Positions 1 to 9,366 of a DNA stretch of 22,475 bases are shown in pieces. Position numbers and translations under genes: made by a program. Each line of letters opens with the position of its first letter. The first letter of the stretch is position 1. Source of the DNA: Promethearchaeota archaeon (GTDB lineage: Archaea; Asgardarchaeota; Lokiarchaeia; Sigyniarchaeales; SOKP01). The stretch is taken from assembly GCA_048938005.1 (NCBI GenBank), contig JBHLMQ010000031.1, forward strand, positions 1 to 22,475, written 5' to 3'. The notes beneath the pieces are model-generated. The model saw nothing but the letters and a program-made list of their open reading frames with translations. It ran no database searches and had not been told where the DNA came from.

Positions 1-223
1 ATATTAATATCATTTACTTTTATTTTAGGCAAGTAAAAATCACTTCAATTTGTAATTATTGTTTAGCTAATTTTGGAATAACAGTATATTTTTAAGATTA
101 TTTAATATTTAATTTTTCGGGATTTGTTATTTCATTTTAGAATAGGGAACCAATAATAATAATTAACCTTTTTTTAGATTTTTAATATCTTTATTTAACT
201 CTTGAAAGTTTGATTGTGAAACT

Positions 224-1012
224 ATGAAATTTATAGTGTGTGTAAAACAGGTACCAGATACAACTGAGGTTAAAATCGATCCTGAAACGAACACATTGAT
301 AAGAGAGGGTGTCCCCAGCATTCTGAATCCATTTGACCAGTTTGCTCTTGAGGAAGCTATTAAAATTAGACAAGAAGGTGATGAGATTATTGTAATCTCT
401 ATGGGTCCACCTCAAGCTAAAAAGGCGTTGTTGAAGTGTCTGGCATTAGGAGCAGATAAAGCAATCTTGCTAAGTGATAAAGTTTTTGCTGGTGCGGATA
501 CCTGGGCGACATCTTATACTCTTGTTCAGTGTATCAAGAAAATTGGTGATTTTAATATCATTTTTTGCGGTTTACAAGCTATTGATGGAGATACCGCACA
601 AGTAGGACCTGAAATTGCTGCTCAACTGGGTATACCTCAGATAACTTATGTGGAAAGTGTTGAAAAAGTAGAAGGAAAAAAACTGACAGCAAAGGTTCAA
701 ACAGATGATGGGTATAAAATCGTAGAAACAAGACTTCCGGTACTTATAACTGGAATGACTCCCTCTTCATTTGAACCAACTAATCCTCCCATGATGAGTA
801 TAATGAAAGCAAATAAGAAACCATTTTCTACCTGGAATGCAGATGAACTTGGGGGTAGTAAGGATAATTATGGATTGAATGGGTCATTAACTGAAGTTAT
901 TAAAGTTTATTCCCCACCAGCCAGACAGCAAGGTATTATTATTAAAGGGGAAACACCTGAAGCTTCGGTTCAAAAACTAATGGATTTATTATCTAAAGAT
1001 AAGGTGATTTAA
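224..1012 (+). CDS. etfB: Electron transfer flavoprotein beta subunit (FixA/EtfB family)
   Basis: VCVKQVPDT N-terminus; NPFDQFALEEA, SMGPPQA, FAGADTWATSY and GLQAIDGDTAQVGP motifs; 262 aa; directly followed by etfA. Confidence 0.97.
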   Translation: MKFIVCVKQVPDTTEVKIDPETNTLIREGVPSILNPFDQFALEEAIKIRQEGDEIIVISMGPPQAKKALLKCLALGADKAILLSDKVFAGADTWATSYTLVQCIKKIGDFNIIFCGLQAIDGDTAQVGPEIAAQLGIPQITYVESVEKVEGKKLTAKVQTDDGYKIVETRLPVLITGMTPSSFEPTNPPMMSIMKANKKPFSTWNADELGGSKDNYGLNGSLTEVIKVYSPPARQQGIIIKGETPEASVQKLMDLLSKDKVI

Positions 1013-1013
1013 T

Positions 1014-2207
1014 TTGATAATTGTAGATGAAGAAAAGTGTACAGGATGCGGGCTATGTGAAAAAGGATGCCCTTTTGGAGCGATTACAATTGTAGATAAA
1101 ATCGCAGTTATAGGAGATGAGTGTACTCTTTGTGGTGCCTGTGTCGATCAATGCAATGTAGGGGCAATTACAATTCAGCGGAAAAAAATTGAAGATGTTG
1201 ACTTGACACAATATCAAGATGTATGGATAGTTGCTGAAATTAAAGATGATAAAGTAAGAAATGTATCTTTTGAATTGCTAGGTAAGGCAATTGAGCTCGC
1301 TGATGAATTAAAACAAAAAACATGTGTCTTACTTTTAGGAGACAATGTAAAGAAATTCGCTCAAGATTTTTCAAACCGCGGTGCTAATAAAATATATGTT
1401 GCTGAACATGAAGCTCTCAAAAATTATTATACTGAAACATATTCTTCTGTGATCACCGGGATAATCTCAAAATACAAACCAAATATTGTTTTATACCCCG
1501 CAACTATAAATGGAAGGGATCTAGCACCAAGAGTTGCTGCTACTCTTGAATTAGGACTTACTGCCGATTGTACCGGGTTATCAATAAGAGATGGATTATT
1601 GTTACAAACAAGACCAGCTTTTGGTGGAAATATTATGGCTGATATTATTTGTCCTGTTACACGTCCCCAAATGGCGACAGTTAGACCCAATGTTATGGAA
1701 ATGGCACCAATTCAAGATGATAATAATGCAGAAATCATTGAAGTACCTGTAAAAGTAGATCTTCAAAGTTTAAAAGTAAAAACTAAAGAAGTAATCAGTG
1801 GAACTGCTTTTGAATGTGGTATTCCCGTTTGTGAAGCAGATACTATTGTATCTGGAGGAAGAGGTGTTGGTAGTAAAGAGAATTTTAAATTAATCGAGGG
1901 GCTAGCTAACATTTTAAATGCCGCTGTGGGAGCAAGTAGAGCTGCAGTCGACTTGGGTTGGATTCCTAAATCACAACAAGTCGGACAAAGTGGAAGTACT
2001 GTTTCTCCGAAGATTTATATCGCATGTGGAATATCTGGGACGATCCAACATTTAGTTGGAATGAAAAGCAGTGATATAATAATTGCAATAAATAAGGATC
2101 CTGAAGCTCCAATTTTCCAATTTTCCAATTATGGTATTGTTGGAGATCTTTGTGAAATTGTACCTCTATTAACTAAAGCATTAGAAAAAAAATTAAGAGA
2201 AAATTAA
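1014..2207 (+). CDS. etfA: Electron transfer flavoprotein alpha subunit with N-terminal 2x[4Fe-4S] ferredoxin domain (CarE-like architecture)
   Basis: N-terminal CTGCGLCEKGCP and CTLCGACVDQC; ETF-alpha motifs GLTADCT, TRPAFGGN, PQMATVRP, VSGGRG, GASRAAVD, QVGQSG, GISGTIQH. TTG start at 1014 with GGTGA at 1003-1007. Confidence 0.96.
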   Translation: MIIVDEEKCTGCGLCEKGCPFGAITIVDKIAVIGDECTLCGACVDQCNVGAITIQRKKIEDVDLTQYQDVWIVAEIKDDKVRNVSFELLGKAIELADELKQKTCVLLLGDNVKKFAQDFSNRGANKIYVAEHEALKNYYTETYSSVITGIISKYKPNIVLYPATINGRDLAPRVAATLELGLTADCTGLSIRDGLLLQTRPAFGGNIMADIICPVTRPQMATVRPNVMEMAPIQDDNNAEIIEVPVKVDLQSLKVKTKEVISGTAFECGIPVCEADTIVSGGRGVGSKENFKLIEGLANILNAAVGASRAAVDLGWIPKSQQVGQSGSTVSPKIYIACGISGTIQHLVGMKSSDIIIAINKDPEAPIFQFSNYGIVGDLCEIVPLLTKALEKKLREN

Positions 2208-2209
2208 AT

Positions 2210-4741
2210 TTAAAAAAGATCATCATCAAGATCCTCATTGCCTTCTGGGAATCTTCCGAATTCTTGCATGAATTGTTGCAGTAATTCACTTTCTCTTTTT
2301 GTATACATCGGATCTTCATCATAATTAAAATAACATGCTTTTGAATTTGTAGATAATTGTTCTTCTAATGCTAAACGTAAATTAGAAGTTCCTTGAATCA
2401 AGATAATCTCTTGATTCTCATTTAAGATCTGAATCACACCTTCAGTATCTGGTACATTTTGGATATTCTCGCTATTTAAATCTAACCATTTTTGAGGTGG
2501 TAATACAACTGGTGAGATCTCAAAACGTAAATCGCATCTAAGACATCGATTTGCTTCCTCTAAAGCTAATTTCTCATCAAAACCCACTTCAATTTCATTA
2601 AAGTTGTTTTTACGTTGATCTAATGATAATAATGGCATTTGTACTCGTTGTTTATCATAAAAGTTTTCATCACGTCCTAAATTTGTGTCTGGGGTGTCTG
2701 GTTCAACAAGCGCATCTTCAATTTCACCATCTCCTCCTAAATATTTATCAATTGAAGAAGCTGCCTTTCGGCCCATTTCAATAGCATCAACTATAGAGCT
2801 AGGACTATTAATAACTTCACCACCTGCAAAAATCCCTGCGATGTTTGTTTCTAATGTTCCCTCTTTTGCCTGTATTAGGCCTGAAGCTGAGATATTAATT
2901 TTACTTTCACTTCCTAAAAGAGATAAATCTGGAATTTGCCCAATTGCTAATATTACCATTTCAGTTTTAATCGATTTTGTATTAGTATTGTCAAACACAG
3001 GATTAAATAAATTTTCATCATCAAATACAGAATCACAATGTATTAACTCAACTTCAGATATCTCGCCATCCTTATCAATAACTTGTTTCGGACCCCAAGA
3101 ACAGTCAAGTGTTATCCCTTCATCTATTGCTTTCTGAATTTCCCATTCGTGAGCAGGCATTTCTTCTCGGCATTCTAAACAAGTTAATTGTATATCTTTA
3201 GCACCTAACCGTTTAGCTGTTAAAGCTACATCTATAGCTACATTACCTCCACCAATTACAATAACACTATCTGGAACTTTTACTTCTTCACCTAGATTAA
3301 CTTTTTTAAGAAAATCAAGACCCCATAGAATATTTGGTAAATTTAAGCCTTGAATATTAAGTTTTTTGGTATTTTGAGCTCCAAGTGCTAAGAAAATTGC
3401 ATTAAAACCTTGTTCATTCAAATTATCAAGTGATAAGTGCTCCCCTACAACTTTATCAGTTTGAACATCAATCCCTATGCTTAATATGTGTTCAAGATCT
3501 TTCTGAAGGACTGCTCGTGGTAGTCGATATTCAGGAATTCCTAGCCTTAACATACCTCCTATATAAGAATTTGCTTCAAAGACCGTAACTGAATGACCTA
3601 ATCTTCGTAAGTAATACGCTGTTGTTAATCCGGATGGACCTGAACCTACAATTGCTACTTTTTTCCCTGTTGAAGGCTTAATACTTATTTTAGACTTCCA
3701 TAATTCGCTATCATGATCCATAGCAAAACGTTTTAAGGCACAAATAGCAATAGGATCGTTAATTTGACTCCTACGACATTCTAGTTCACAATCATGAAAA
3801 CAAACTCTTCCAAGAACAGAGGGAAATGGTGTTTTTTCTCGAATCACTGCTGCTGCTTCAGCATATTTTTGCTCTGAAATTAAACGAATATATCGTGGTA
3901 CATCAATTTTTAATGGACAAGCATCTCTACAAGGCACAAGTAATCTTTCACGCTCAGCCCAGAAGATATCTTTATCTGTAAGTGCTCCTGTTGGACAAAC
4001 CTCAATACAAGCTCCACAGAATTTACATCCTGATTCTTTAAGAGAAGGCGCAAGACTTCCAACTATTGTTTCTCCGTTAGAATATACGAACCCTAAAGCC
4101 TCAATTCCACGAACATCTCGACATATTCTTACGCACCTAGTACAACCAATACATAATTCATAATTTCGAATAAAAAGTGGCTCGTCTTCAATAATCGCAC
4201 GCCCTTGAGGTCTATAACGTGGAATATCTTCTCGAATTCCGATATACTCTGCAACTCTTTGTAATTCACACCTTCCTAAGATTGGACAACAACGCTCTTC
4301 AACTGGAACATTAGGTGAGCATGGTTCTCGACTACAACCTTCACGTTGAGCACACATTAAGCATGCATGAGGATGGTTTGAAAGTATATTCATCAACTTT
4401 TCACGCCGTAAGGTTTGAATTTCTGATGTTTCCGTTGAAATCACCATCCCTTCTTTTATAATAGTACTACAAGATGTTTGTAATCCTTTGACCCCTTCTA
4501 TTTTAACAATACATAATTGACATCCCTGGTGTTCTTGAAAATTCATATTTTTAAACTTAGAATTACCTTGGAAAACTTCTTCATTTGGCTTTAAACCTAC
4601 CAATGGTGGTAAATCAGGGTGTGCACAAAGACTAGGGATATATATTCCAGCATTTTGAGAGGCTTTCAAAATAGTAGTTCCCTTCTTACCCTCAATTGTG
4701 ATCCCATTGATAGTTATTGGTATCATTTCCATTTTATACAC
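2210..4741 (-). CDS. bzdV: BzdV-like NAD(P)H:ferredoxin oxidoreductase ([2Fe-2S], His-ligated [4Fe-4S], 2x[4Fe-4S], GltD-like FAD/NAD(P)H module and C-terminal extra domain)
   Basis: IPSLC...GCQLC...TSC; HPHACLMC; CIGCTRCVRIC and CKFCGACIEVCP; GltD-type PCRDACP, LGRVCFHDCELECRR, GSGPSG, GGGNVAID, EEANRCLRCD; lies after bzdNOPQM. The real start may be ATG at 4732 or 4726 rather than GTG at 4741. Confidence 0.85.
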   Translation of the reverse strand: MYKMEMIPITINGITIEGKKGTTILKASQNAGIYIPSLCAHPDLPPLVGLKPNEEVFQGNSKFKNMNFQEHQGCQLCIVKIEGVKGLQTSCSTIIKEGMVISTETSEIQTLRREKLMNILSNHPHACLMCAQREGCSREPCSPNVPVEERCCPILGRCELQRVAEYIGIREDIPRYRPQGRAIIEDEPLFIRNYELCIGCTRCVRICRDVRGIEALGFVYSNGETIVGSLAPSLKESGCKFCGACIEVCPTGALTDKDIFWAERERLLVPCRDACPLKIDVPRYIRLISEQKYAEAAAVIREKTPFPSVLGRVCFHDCELECRRSQINDPIAICALKRFAMDHDSELWKSKISIKPSTGKKVAIVGSGPSGLTTAYYLRRLGHSVTVFEANSYIGGMLRLGIPEYRLPRAVLQKDLEHILSIGIDVQTDKVVGEHLSLDNLNEQGFNAIFLALGAQNTKKLNIQGLNLPNILWGLDFLKKVNLGEEVKVPDSVIVIGGGNVAIDVALTAKRLGAKDIQLTCLECREEMPAHEWEIQKAIDEGITLDCSWGPKQVIDKDGEISEVELIHCDSVFDDENLFNPVFDNTNTKSIKTEMVILAIGQIPDLSLLGSESKINISASGLIQAKEGTLETNIAGIFAGGEVINSPSSIVDAIEMGRKAASSIDKYLGGDGEIEDALVEPDTPDTNLGRDENFYDKQRVQMPLLSLDQRKNNFNEIEVGFDEKLALEEANRCLRCDLRFEISPVVLPPQKWLDLNSENIQNVPDTEGVIQILNENQEIILIQGTSNLRLALEEQLSTNSKACYFNYDEDPMYTKRESELLQQFMQEFGRFPEGNEDLDDDLF

Positions 4742-4839
4742 TCTCTAAAGTTAATTAACACTAGAAATAATCAAAAAAAAAATTATCCTATAATTCGATA
4801 ATTATGATTATAATTAATAAATAATAATGTGTTTATGGA

Positions 4840-5127
4840 TTACCAAGAATGAGTTATTGCTCTAGGTTCACAGGCTTTTACACAAGGCAACTCTTTTGTT
4901 TTACCACCAGGTTTACAAGGAGCACACGAGTATTTAATCTTCTTGCGGTGTTCTTCAGAAACACATGCTATAATTTCATCACTTAAAGGATCTAACTCAT
5001 TTTCTGCCATTTCAAGAACACCAGCAGGACATGCTTCTACGCATTTTCCACATGAATTGCATAAATCTGTATCTATGGTGATAAAATATTCTCCTGATCC
5101 ATTTTTGTATCCATAATTAGCTCGCAA
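4840..5127 (-). CDS. bzdM: Benzoyl-CoA reductase-associated ferredoxin (BzdM-like)
   Basis: ANYGYKNGSGEYFITIDTDLCNSCGKCVEACP N-terminus recalled as typical of BzdM-type ferredoxins; second Cys set CAPC...CVKAC. TTG start with AGGTGA upstream (5134-5139 on minus strand). Confidence 0.88.
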   Translation of the reverse strand: MRANYGYKNGSGEYFITIDTDLCNSCGKCVEACPAGVLEMAENELDPLSDEIIACVSEEHRKKIKYSCAPCKPGGKTKELPCVKACEPRAITHSW

Positions 5128-5143
5128 CGCAAATCACCTAAAT

Positions 5144-6031
5144 TTAAGCTTTTTTCTGTTCTTTTTCGACAAGAGCTTTGGCAAATAAAGCAGCACCAAT
5201 AGCTCCTGCAATTTGTGGATCGATATTTGGCTCAGGCGCTTTGATTTTCAATTCATCTTCGAGTCTTTTAACAACTCCAATATTTTTAGCTATACCACCT
5301 GTTATAGCAAACTTTTCTTCTATTCCAAGTCGTAATAATAGAGTTACTACACGATGTGCCATAGCTGAACAATAGGCTGCTAAAACTTTTTCTTTTGGCC
5401 ATCCTTTTCTAAGTAATCCTACTGCTTCTGATTTTGCGAATACTACACAGGTACTACTAACTGGCTCTGGTTCTTCATCTACTTGTAAAGACATTTTTCC
5501 CACATCATTAATATGTACTTGTAATAAATCTGCAAAAACTTCCATACCTCTTCCTGTTCCTGCCGCACATTTATCGTTCATAAGGAACGCAGTAACTTTC
5601 CCACGACTATCACATCGTATTGCTTTACAATCTTGACCACCCATATCTAATACAGTTCTTATTTCAGGACCATAGATAAAGTTTGCACCTCGTGCGTGGC
5701 ATGCAATTTCAGTAATAGCTCTCTTTGCAAATGGAACATTTACTCGTCCATACCCAGTTCCAACAACATATTGAATTTTATCTAGAGTTAAACCTGTATC
5801 TTCTAGTGCCCAATTCATTGCATTATTGGCACTATCTGGACTGTCACTTCCAGTACGCATACTACTATAACAGTAAATCTCTCCATTAACCATTACTACA
5901 GCTTGCGTACTGACTGATCCAACATCCACTCCAGCTGAAATGATATCACCATCTTCCCACTTTATATCGGGATTGGTATAACGAGATTCAGTCCATCTCC
6001 AATACTCTTCTTCTGATTCTGTTTTTGACAT
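5144..6031 (-). CDS. bzdQ: Benzoyl-CoA reductase bzd-type subunit Q (BcrA/BadF-equivalent ASKHA ATPase)
   Basis: EYWRW N-terminal extension; GVDVGSVS, GTGYGR, TEIACHARGA, LDMGGQDCK, MNDKCAAGTGRG, SSTCVVFAKSE, TGGIAKN. Confidence 0.92.
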   Translation of the reverse strand: MSKTESEEEYWRWTESRYTNPDIKWEDGDIISAGVDVGSVSTQAVVMVNGEIYCYSSMRTGSDSPDSANNAMNWALEDTGLTLDKIQYVVGTGYGRVNVPFAKRAITEIACHARGANFIYGPEIRTVLDMGGQDCKAIRCDSRGKVTAFLMNDKCAAGTGRGMEVFADLLQVHINDVGKMSLQVDEEPEPVSSTCVVFAKSEAVGLLRKGWPKEKVLAAYCSAMAHRVVTLLLRLGIEEKFAITGGIAKNIGVVKRLEDELKIKAPEPNIDPQIAGAIGAALFAKALVEKEQKKA

Positions 6032-6036
6032 TTTTT

Positions 6037-6822
6037 TTAACCTCCAACTTTATCTTGTGCTATAAGAGCAGCACCTAATGCACTTACAAATTCAGGGGAG
6101 ATTCTGTCTTTAGGTACCAAGAGTTCAAACCCTAGATTTCTATTCATTGCATCTATAAAACCTATATTTTTAGCCATTCCTCCTATCAATGCTACATCTT
6201 TCTCGATACCTATTTGACGAACCATACTTGTATTTCTATCAGCGATTGCGTCATGAACTGCTCGAATTATATCTTCCTTAGGAGTTTTTTGGTGAATTAA
6301 TGATACAACTTCGGATTCTGCAAAGATCGTACATTGAGCGTTCATAGGTATTTTTTTTGTTGATTTTAATGAAAGTTCTCCCATTACTTCAATATCAACT
6401 TCTAAAGCTCTCGACATGGCTTCAATAAATGCCCCTGCTCCTGCAGCACATTTTTCATTTATTCCAAAATCTTTAACCTTCCCATTTTCATCTAACTTTA
6501 CAACTAATCCCTCTTCTGCACCAATATCAATGATAGTACGAGTTGAAGGGAAAAGAAAAAATGTTCCTCGTCCATCACACGTTATAGTTGTGACATTATC
6601 GTCTGCAAAAGAAATAGCATCCATTCCTGCTCCAGTAACAGTAATATGCTTTATATCTTCACGTTTAATCTCCGCATTCTCAATAGCATTATTTAAAGTC
6701 TTATTTGCTGATTCTTCTTGATCAAATCCACTTAGTACCAAAGCTGTTGATAGTATTTTTTCATCTTTTAGAATAACAACTTTAGTATTTTTTGAACCAG
6801 CATCTATACCTACAGTTATCAT
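6037..6822 (-). CDS. bzdP: Benzoyl-CoA reductase bzd-type subunit P (BcrD/BadG-equivalent ASKHA ATPase)
   Basis: GIDAGSKNTK, TGAG, IDIGAEEG, NEKCAAGAGAFIEAM, MNAQCTIFAESEVVSLIH; 261 aa, between bzdO and bzdQ. Confidence 0.92.
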   Translation of the reverse strand: MITVGIDAGSKNTKVVILKDEKILSTALVLSGFDQEESANKTLNNAIENAEIKREDIKHITVTGAGMDAISFADDNVTTITCDGRGTFFLFPSTRTIIDIGAEEGLVVKLDENGKVKDFGINEKCAAGAGAFIEAMSRALEVDIEVMGELSLKSTKKIPMNAQCTIFAESEVVSLIHQKTPKEDIIRAVHDAIADRNTSMVRQIGIEKDVALIGGMAKNIGFIDAMNRNLGFELLVPKDRISPEFVSALGAALIAQDKVGG

Positions 6823-6845
6823 TTTAAACCATTTTTCATTTTTTT

Positions 6846-8168
6846 TTACTTTGAAATTTTTTGAATATTTAACGATTCCATAAAAGCATCTACACGCTTC
6901 ATAGTCCGCTCAAGGTCGAATTCTCTCTCATCACCCATATTACCTTCAAATGGCATTGTTGGAATCCCTGCTTTTTGGATAGCTAAACGATTCTCTGCAA
7001 TACCAAGGCTTAATCCTTCACAGCCTCGATTAAAATGTAAAAATACTCCATCTAATTTCCATTCTTTTGCGATTCTAATCATCATATCAGATTTAAGTTT
7101 TGGATGGTAAAAATGTTGCCATTCTGGCTTACTTAAATTCCATTCAGCAAGAGCGCGTAAAGCCTCATCTCGATTAGTTATTTCAATATCAGGAATAGAT
7201 CGTGGTCCCCATGTTCCATCCTCTTTCACTTCCCACAATCCAATAAGACCAAAAGTGTAAAGACTTCCAATAGAAACACAACCATATTGCTCCAAATACC
7301 GAAATATTCTTAAAAATGCCCAAGGTGGTTGAGTATCTGTCATAATTCGACATTGTTCATTTCCAACAGCAGCTATCCCTCTCTCTACACGATCTTTTAC
7401 TTCAGGATATAATTCTTTCTCATAAAAATCTGCTGTCCATTGAGATGATTTTCTTAAAGTCCCTAAGACATATAAAGAATACATCGTTTTTTCATCTAAA
7501 GGTGCAGGGATTGCTTTATTTAGTTCACATATTGCTGACCAATAATGACATGAACGAAATTCATTTTTAACTGCCTTAATTAATAATTCATCATCGTAAT
7601 CTCTTCCTGTAATTTTCTCCAGCCACTTAATGCCATCATGCATCTGTCCTACAATATAATTGATTTTGTGTTCAGTAAGTTCTTCATAGGGACCTACTGA
7701 TACGTCAATGCTAAACATAGGAATATCTCCTTCAAGATTGCTTGCTACTTGATACCACTTAGAATGTGAACAACAGATATGATCTTGCCAAATGAAGTCC
7801 GCTTTAGGGAATTCTTCCGAAAATTGTGGCCAAGCATATTTATTTATAAGTATAGATCCCCAATAATTACGCATATAAGAACATAGATCTCTGGCAAATC
7901 CCCTCGCTTCAGTTGCTTCTTGGCATTCCAAAGCGAATTTGTCATTATAAGCTACAGTTGCACCATATGGCTCTCCTGTTAAGGAATAAACATCATCCCC
8001 TAATCCAGCAGGAATAGCATCAAAAGACCATGCTCCTCCTGCCCATCGGAGCCCACCTTTTTCATGGGCTTCAGCAAAATCTCTATAATAATTCTCTCTT
8101 AAAGTTTTAGCTTTATTCCAACATTTCAATGGTTCTGTTGGATATTTTGTTTCCATCATTTTAATCAC
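6846..8168 (-). CDS. bzdO: Benzoyl-CoA reductase bzd-type subunit O (BcrB-equivalent, substrate-reducing subunit)
   Basis: [83 protein letters not shown]. The likely true start is ATG at 8159 or 8156, with GAGTGA upstream. Confidence 0.93.
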   Translation of the reverse strand: MIKMMETKYPTEPLKCWNKAKTLRENYYRDFAEAHEKGGLRWAGGAWSFDAIPAGLGDDVYSLTGEPYGATVAYNDKFALECQEATEARGFARDLCSYMRNYWGSILINKYAWPQFSEEFPKADFIWQDHICCSHSKWYQVASNLEGDIPMFSIDVSVGPYEELTEHKINYIVGQMHDGIKWLEKITGRDYDDELLIKAVKNEFRSCHYWSAICELNKAIPAPLDEKTMYSLYVLGTLRKSSQWTADFYEKELYPEVKDRVERGIAAVGNEQCRIMTDTQPPWAFLRIFRYLEQYGCVSIGSLYTFGLIGLWEVKEDGTWGPRSIPDIEITNRDEALRALAEWNLSKPEWQHFYHPKLKSDMMIRIAKEWKLDGVFLHFNRGCEGLSLGIAENRLAIQKAGIPTMPFEGNMGDEREFDLERTMKRVDAFMESLNIQKISK

Positions 8169-8174
8169 TCTTTT

Positions 8175-9299
8175 TTAAAAAAGATCCTCCTCTCTAATAA
8201 TTTCTAGAAATGCTTCCACTCGAGTCTTGAATTGGCCAAGTGGTACGGTTACATCAAATTCAAGAAATAATGTTTGAATACCAAGCTCATTTTCTAAAGT
8301 TTCCTTTATTATAACTGTATCAAGTTCATGTGGATCACAGAACTTCATCTGCATGATGATAGCTCCTTGTACATCATATTCTTTAGCTAATTGGGTAATA
8401 TAATCAAGCCTTGTTCGCTGTGGCCAATCTTTACTTGGGCAGGGTATACGGTTTATATATCTTTCTGCTATCGAAGTAAGAACATCTCCATTTGTATTTA
8501 CTAGTGTATTGAAATATCTAGTACCAGTACAGTGATCATCAATAACAAATCGTGCTCCTAAATCTTCGACCATTCCTATAAATTCAGTATCATCGTCTTC
8601 AGATCCTAATATCATTAATCGCTCACCTGAGTTATCTAATTCTCTTGATGGAAGTTTTTGTAAAAGTTCTTCCAAAGCTTTATTATGTTCTCTTTTATCG
8701 ACCATTTGCGAAGAGACGACCATATACATTGCTTCTAGACCTGTTAACGGAGGGTTAGGATTTTTTCTCAATTCATAGACTTGTTGTAAAAGTTGTCTAT
8801 TTTTATTCATTATCTCAATCCCTCGCTTGATATCCTCATCTGTAATCTGTTTTCCTGTCCATTCTTCAATTGCTTTCTTGAATGATTTTAATTCTTCTGT
8901 TAAATATGGGATGGCGTGAGGACTTTGAACATTCATAGGGTGTGGTAAATAATATTTAAAATCCACTGGAATATGGAGATCCCAACTTGTAAAAGCTTGT
9001 CTGATGTGAAGACAACTTTGAGCAATAGTGATTCCGTCAAGGTAATCAAACCTTCCCTTTAAGCCTTGTGCTAAACAATCACGACAGAAAGGGCAAAACA
9101 TAGCAAAAATATGGGGTTCTGAAACATCTTGTGGCTCATGGCTGCCTAATATTCTTACTGGTAAAATATCTGCAGCATAGAGAATCTCTTCAGGAACATA
9201 AGTACAGAAAGTTCCTATTACTTTTTCCCCAGTGCGTTCTTTCCATTTTTTTGCATAATCATGACGGTTTTCATACCATTCTTTAAATTGTTCAAACAA
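8175..9299 (-). CDS. bzdN: Benzoyl-CoA reductase bzd-type subunit N (BcrC-equivalent)
   Basis: WYENRHDYAKKWKERTG, FCTYVPEE, PVRILGSHEPQDV, MFCPFCRDCLAQGL, DDHCTGTRYF, KFCDPHE, GQFKTRVEAF; TTG start. Confidence 0.93.
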   Translation of the reverse strand: MFEQFKEWYENRHDYAKKWKERTGEKVIGTFCTYVPEEILYAADILPVRILGSHEPQDVSEPHIFAMFCPFCRDCLAQGLKGRFDYLDGITIAQSCLHIRQAFTSWDLHIPVDFKYYLPHPMNVQSPHAIPYLTEELKSFKKAIEEWTGKQITDEDIKRGIEIMNKNRQLLQQVYELRKNPNPPLTGLEAMYMVVSSQMVDKREHNKALEELLQKLPSRELDNSGERLMILGSEDDDTEFIGMVEDLGARFVIDDHCTGTRYFNTLVNTNGDVLTSIAERYINRIPCPSKDWPQRTRLDYITQLAKEYDVQGAIIMQMKFCDPHELDTVIIKETLENELGIQTLFLEFDVTVPLGQFKTRVEAFLEIIREEDLF

Positions 9300-9366
9300 T
9301 CTTTATATCCCCTTGATTCAATCTATTTTGGAAAGTTAAAAATAAATTAAAAATTTTATTAAACCT

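Noticed and set aside
2213-2494. GIY-YIG-like segment as a homing endonuclease, intein or mobile element
   Set aside because: It is an in-frame terminal domain lacking the catalytic Tyr and Arg residues, with no splice motifs, terminal repeats or target duplication.
4742-4839. AAT-rich low-complexity spacer between bzdM and bzdV as a repeat array or small RNA
   Set aside because: No regular repeat-spacer periodicity and no stable GC stem; the A10 run at 4773-4782 is at most a weak minus-strand oligo-T terminator.
5144-9299. Four-gene block as a 2-hydroxyacyl-CoA dehydratase system or a class II (BamB) reductase
   Set aside because: Two distinct ATPase subunits, Bzd-like N-termini and adjacent dch/had/oah favour a class I bzd-type reductase; there is no tungsten-pterin AOR-family subunit.
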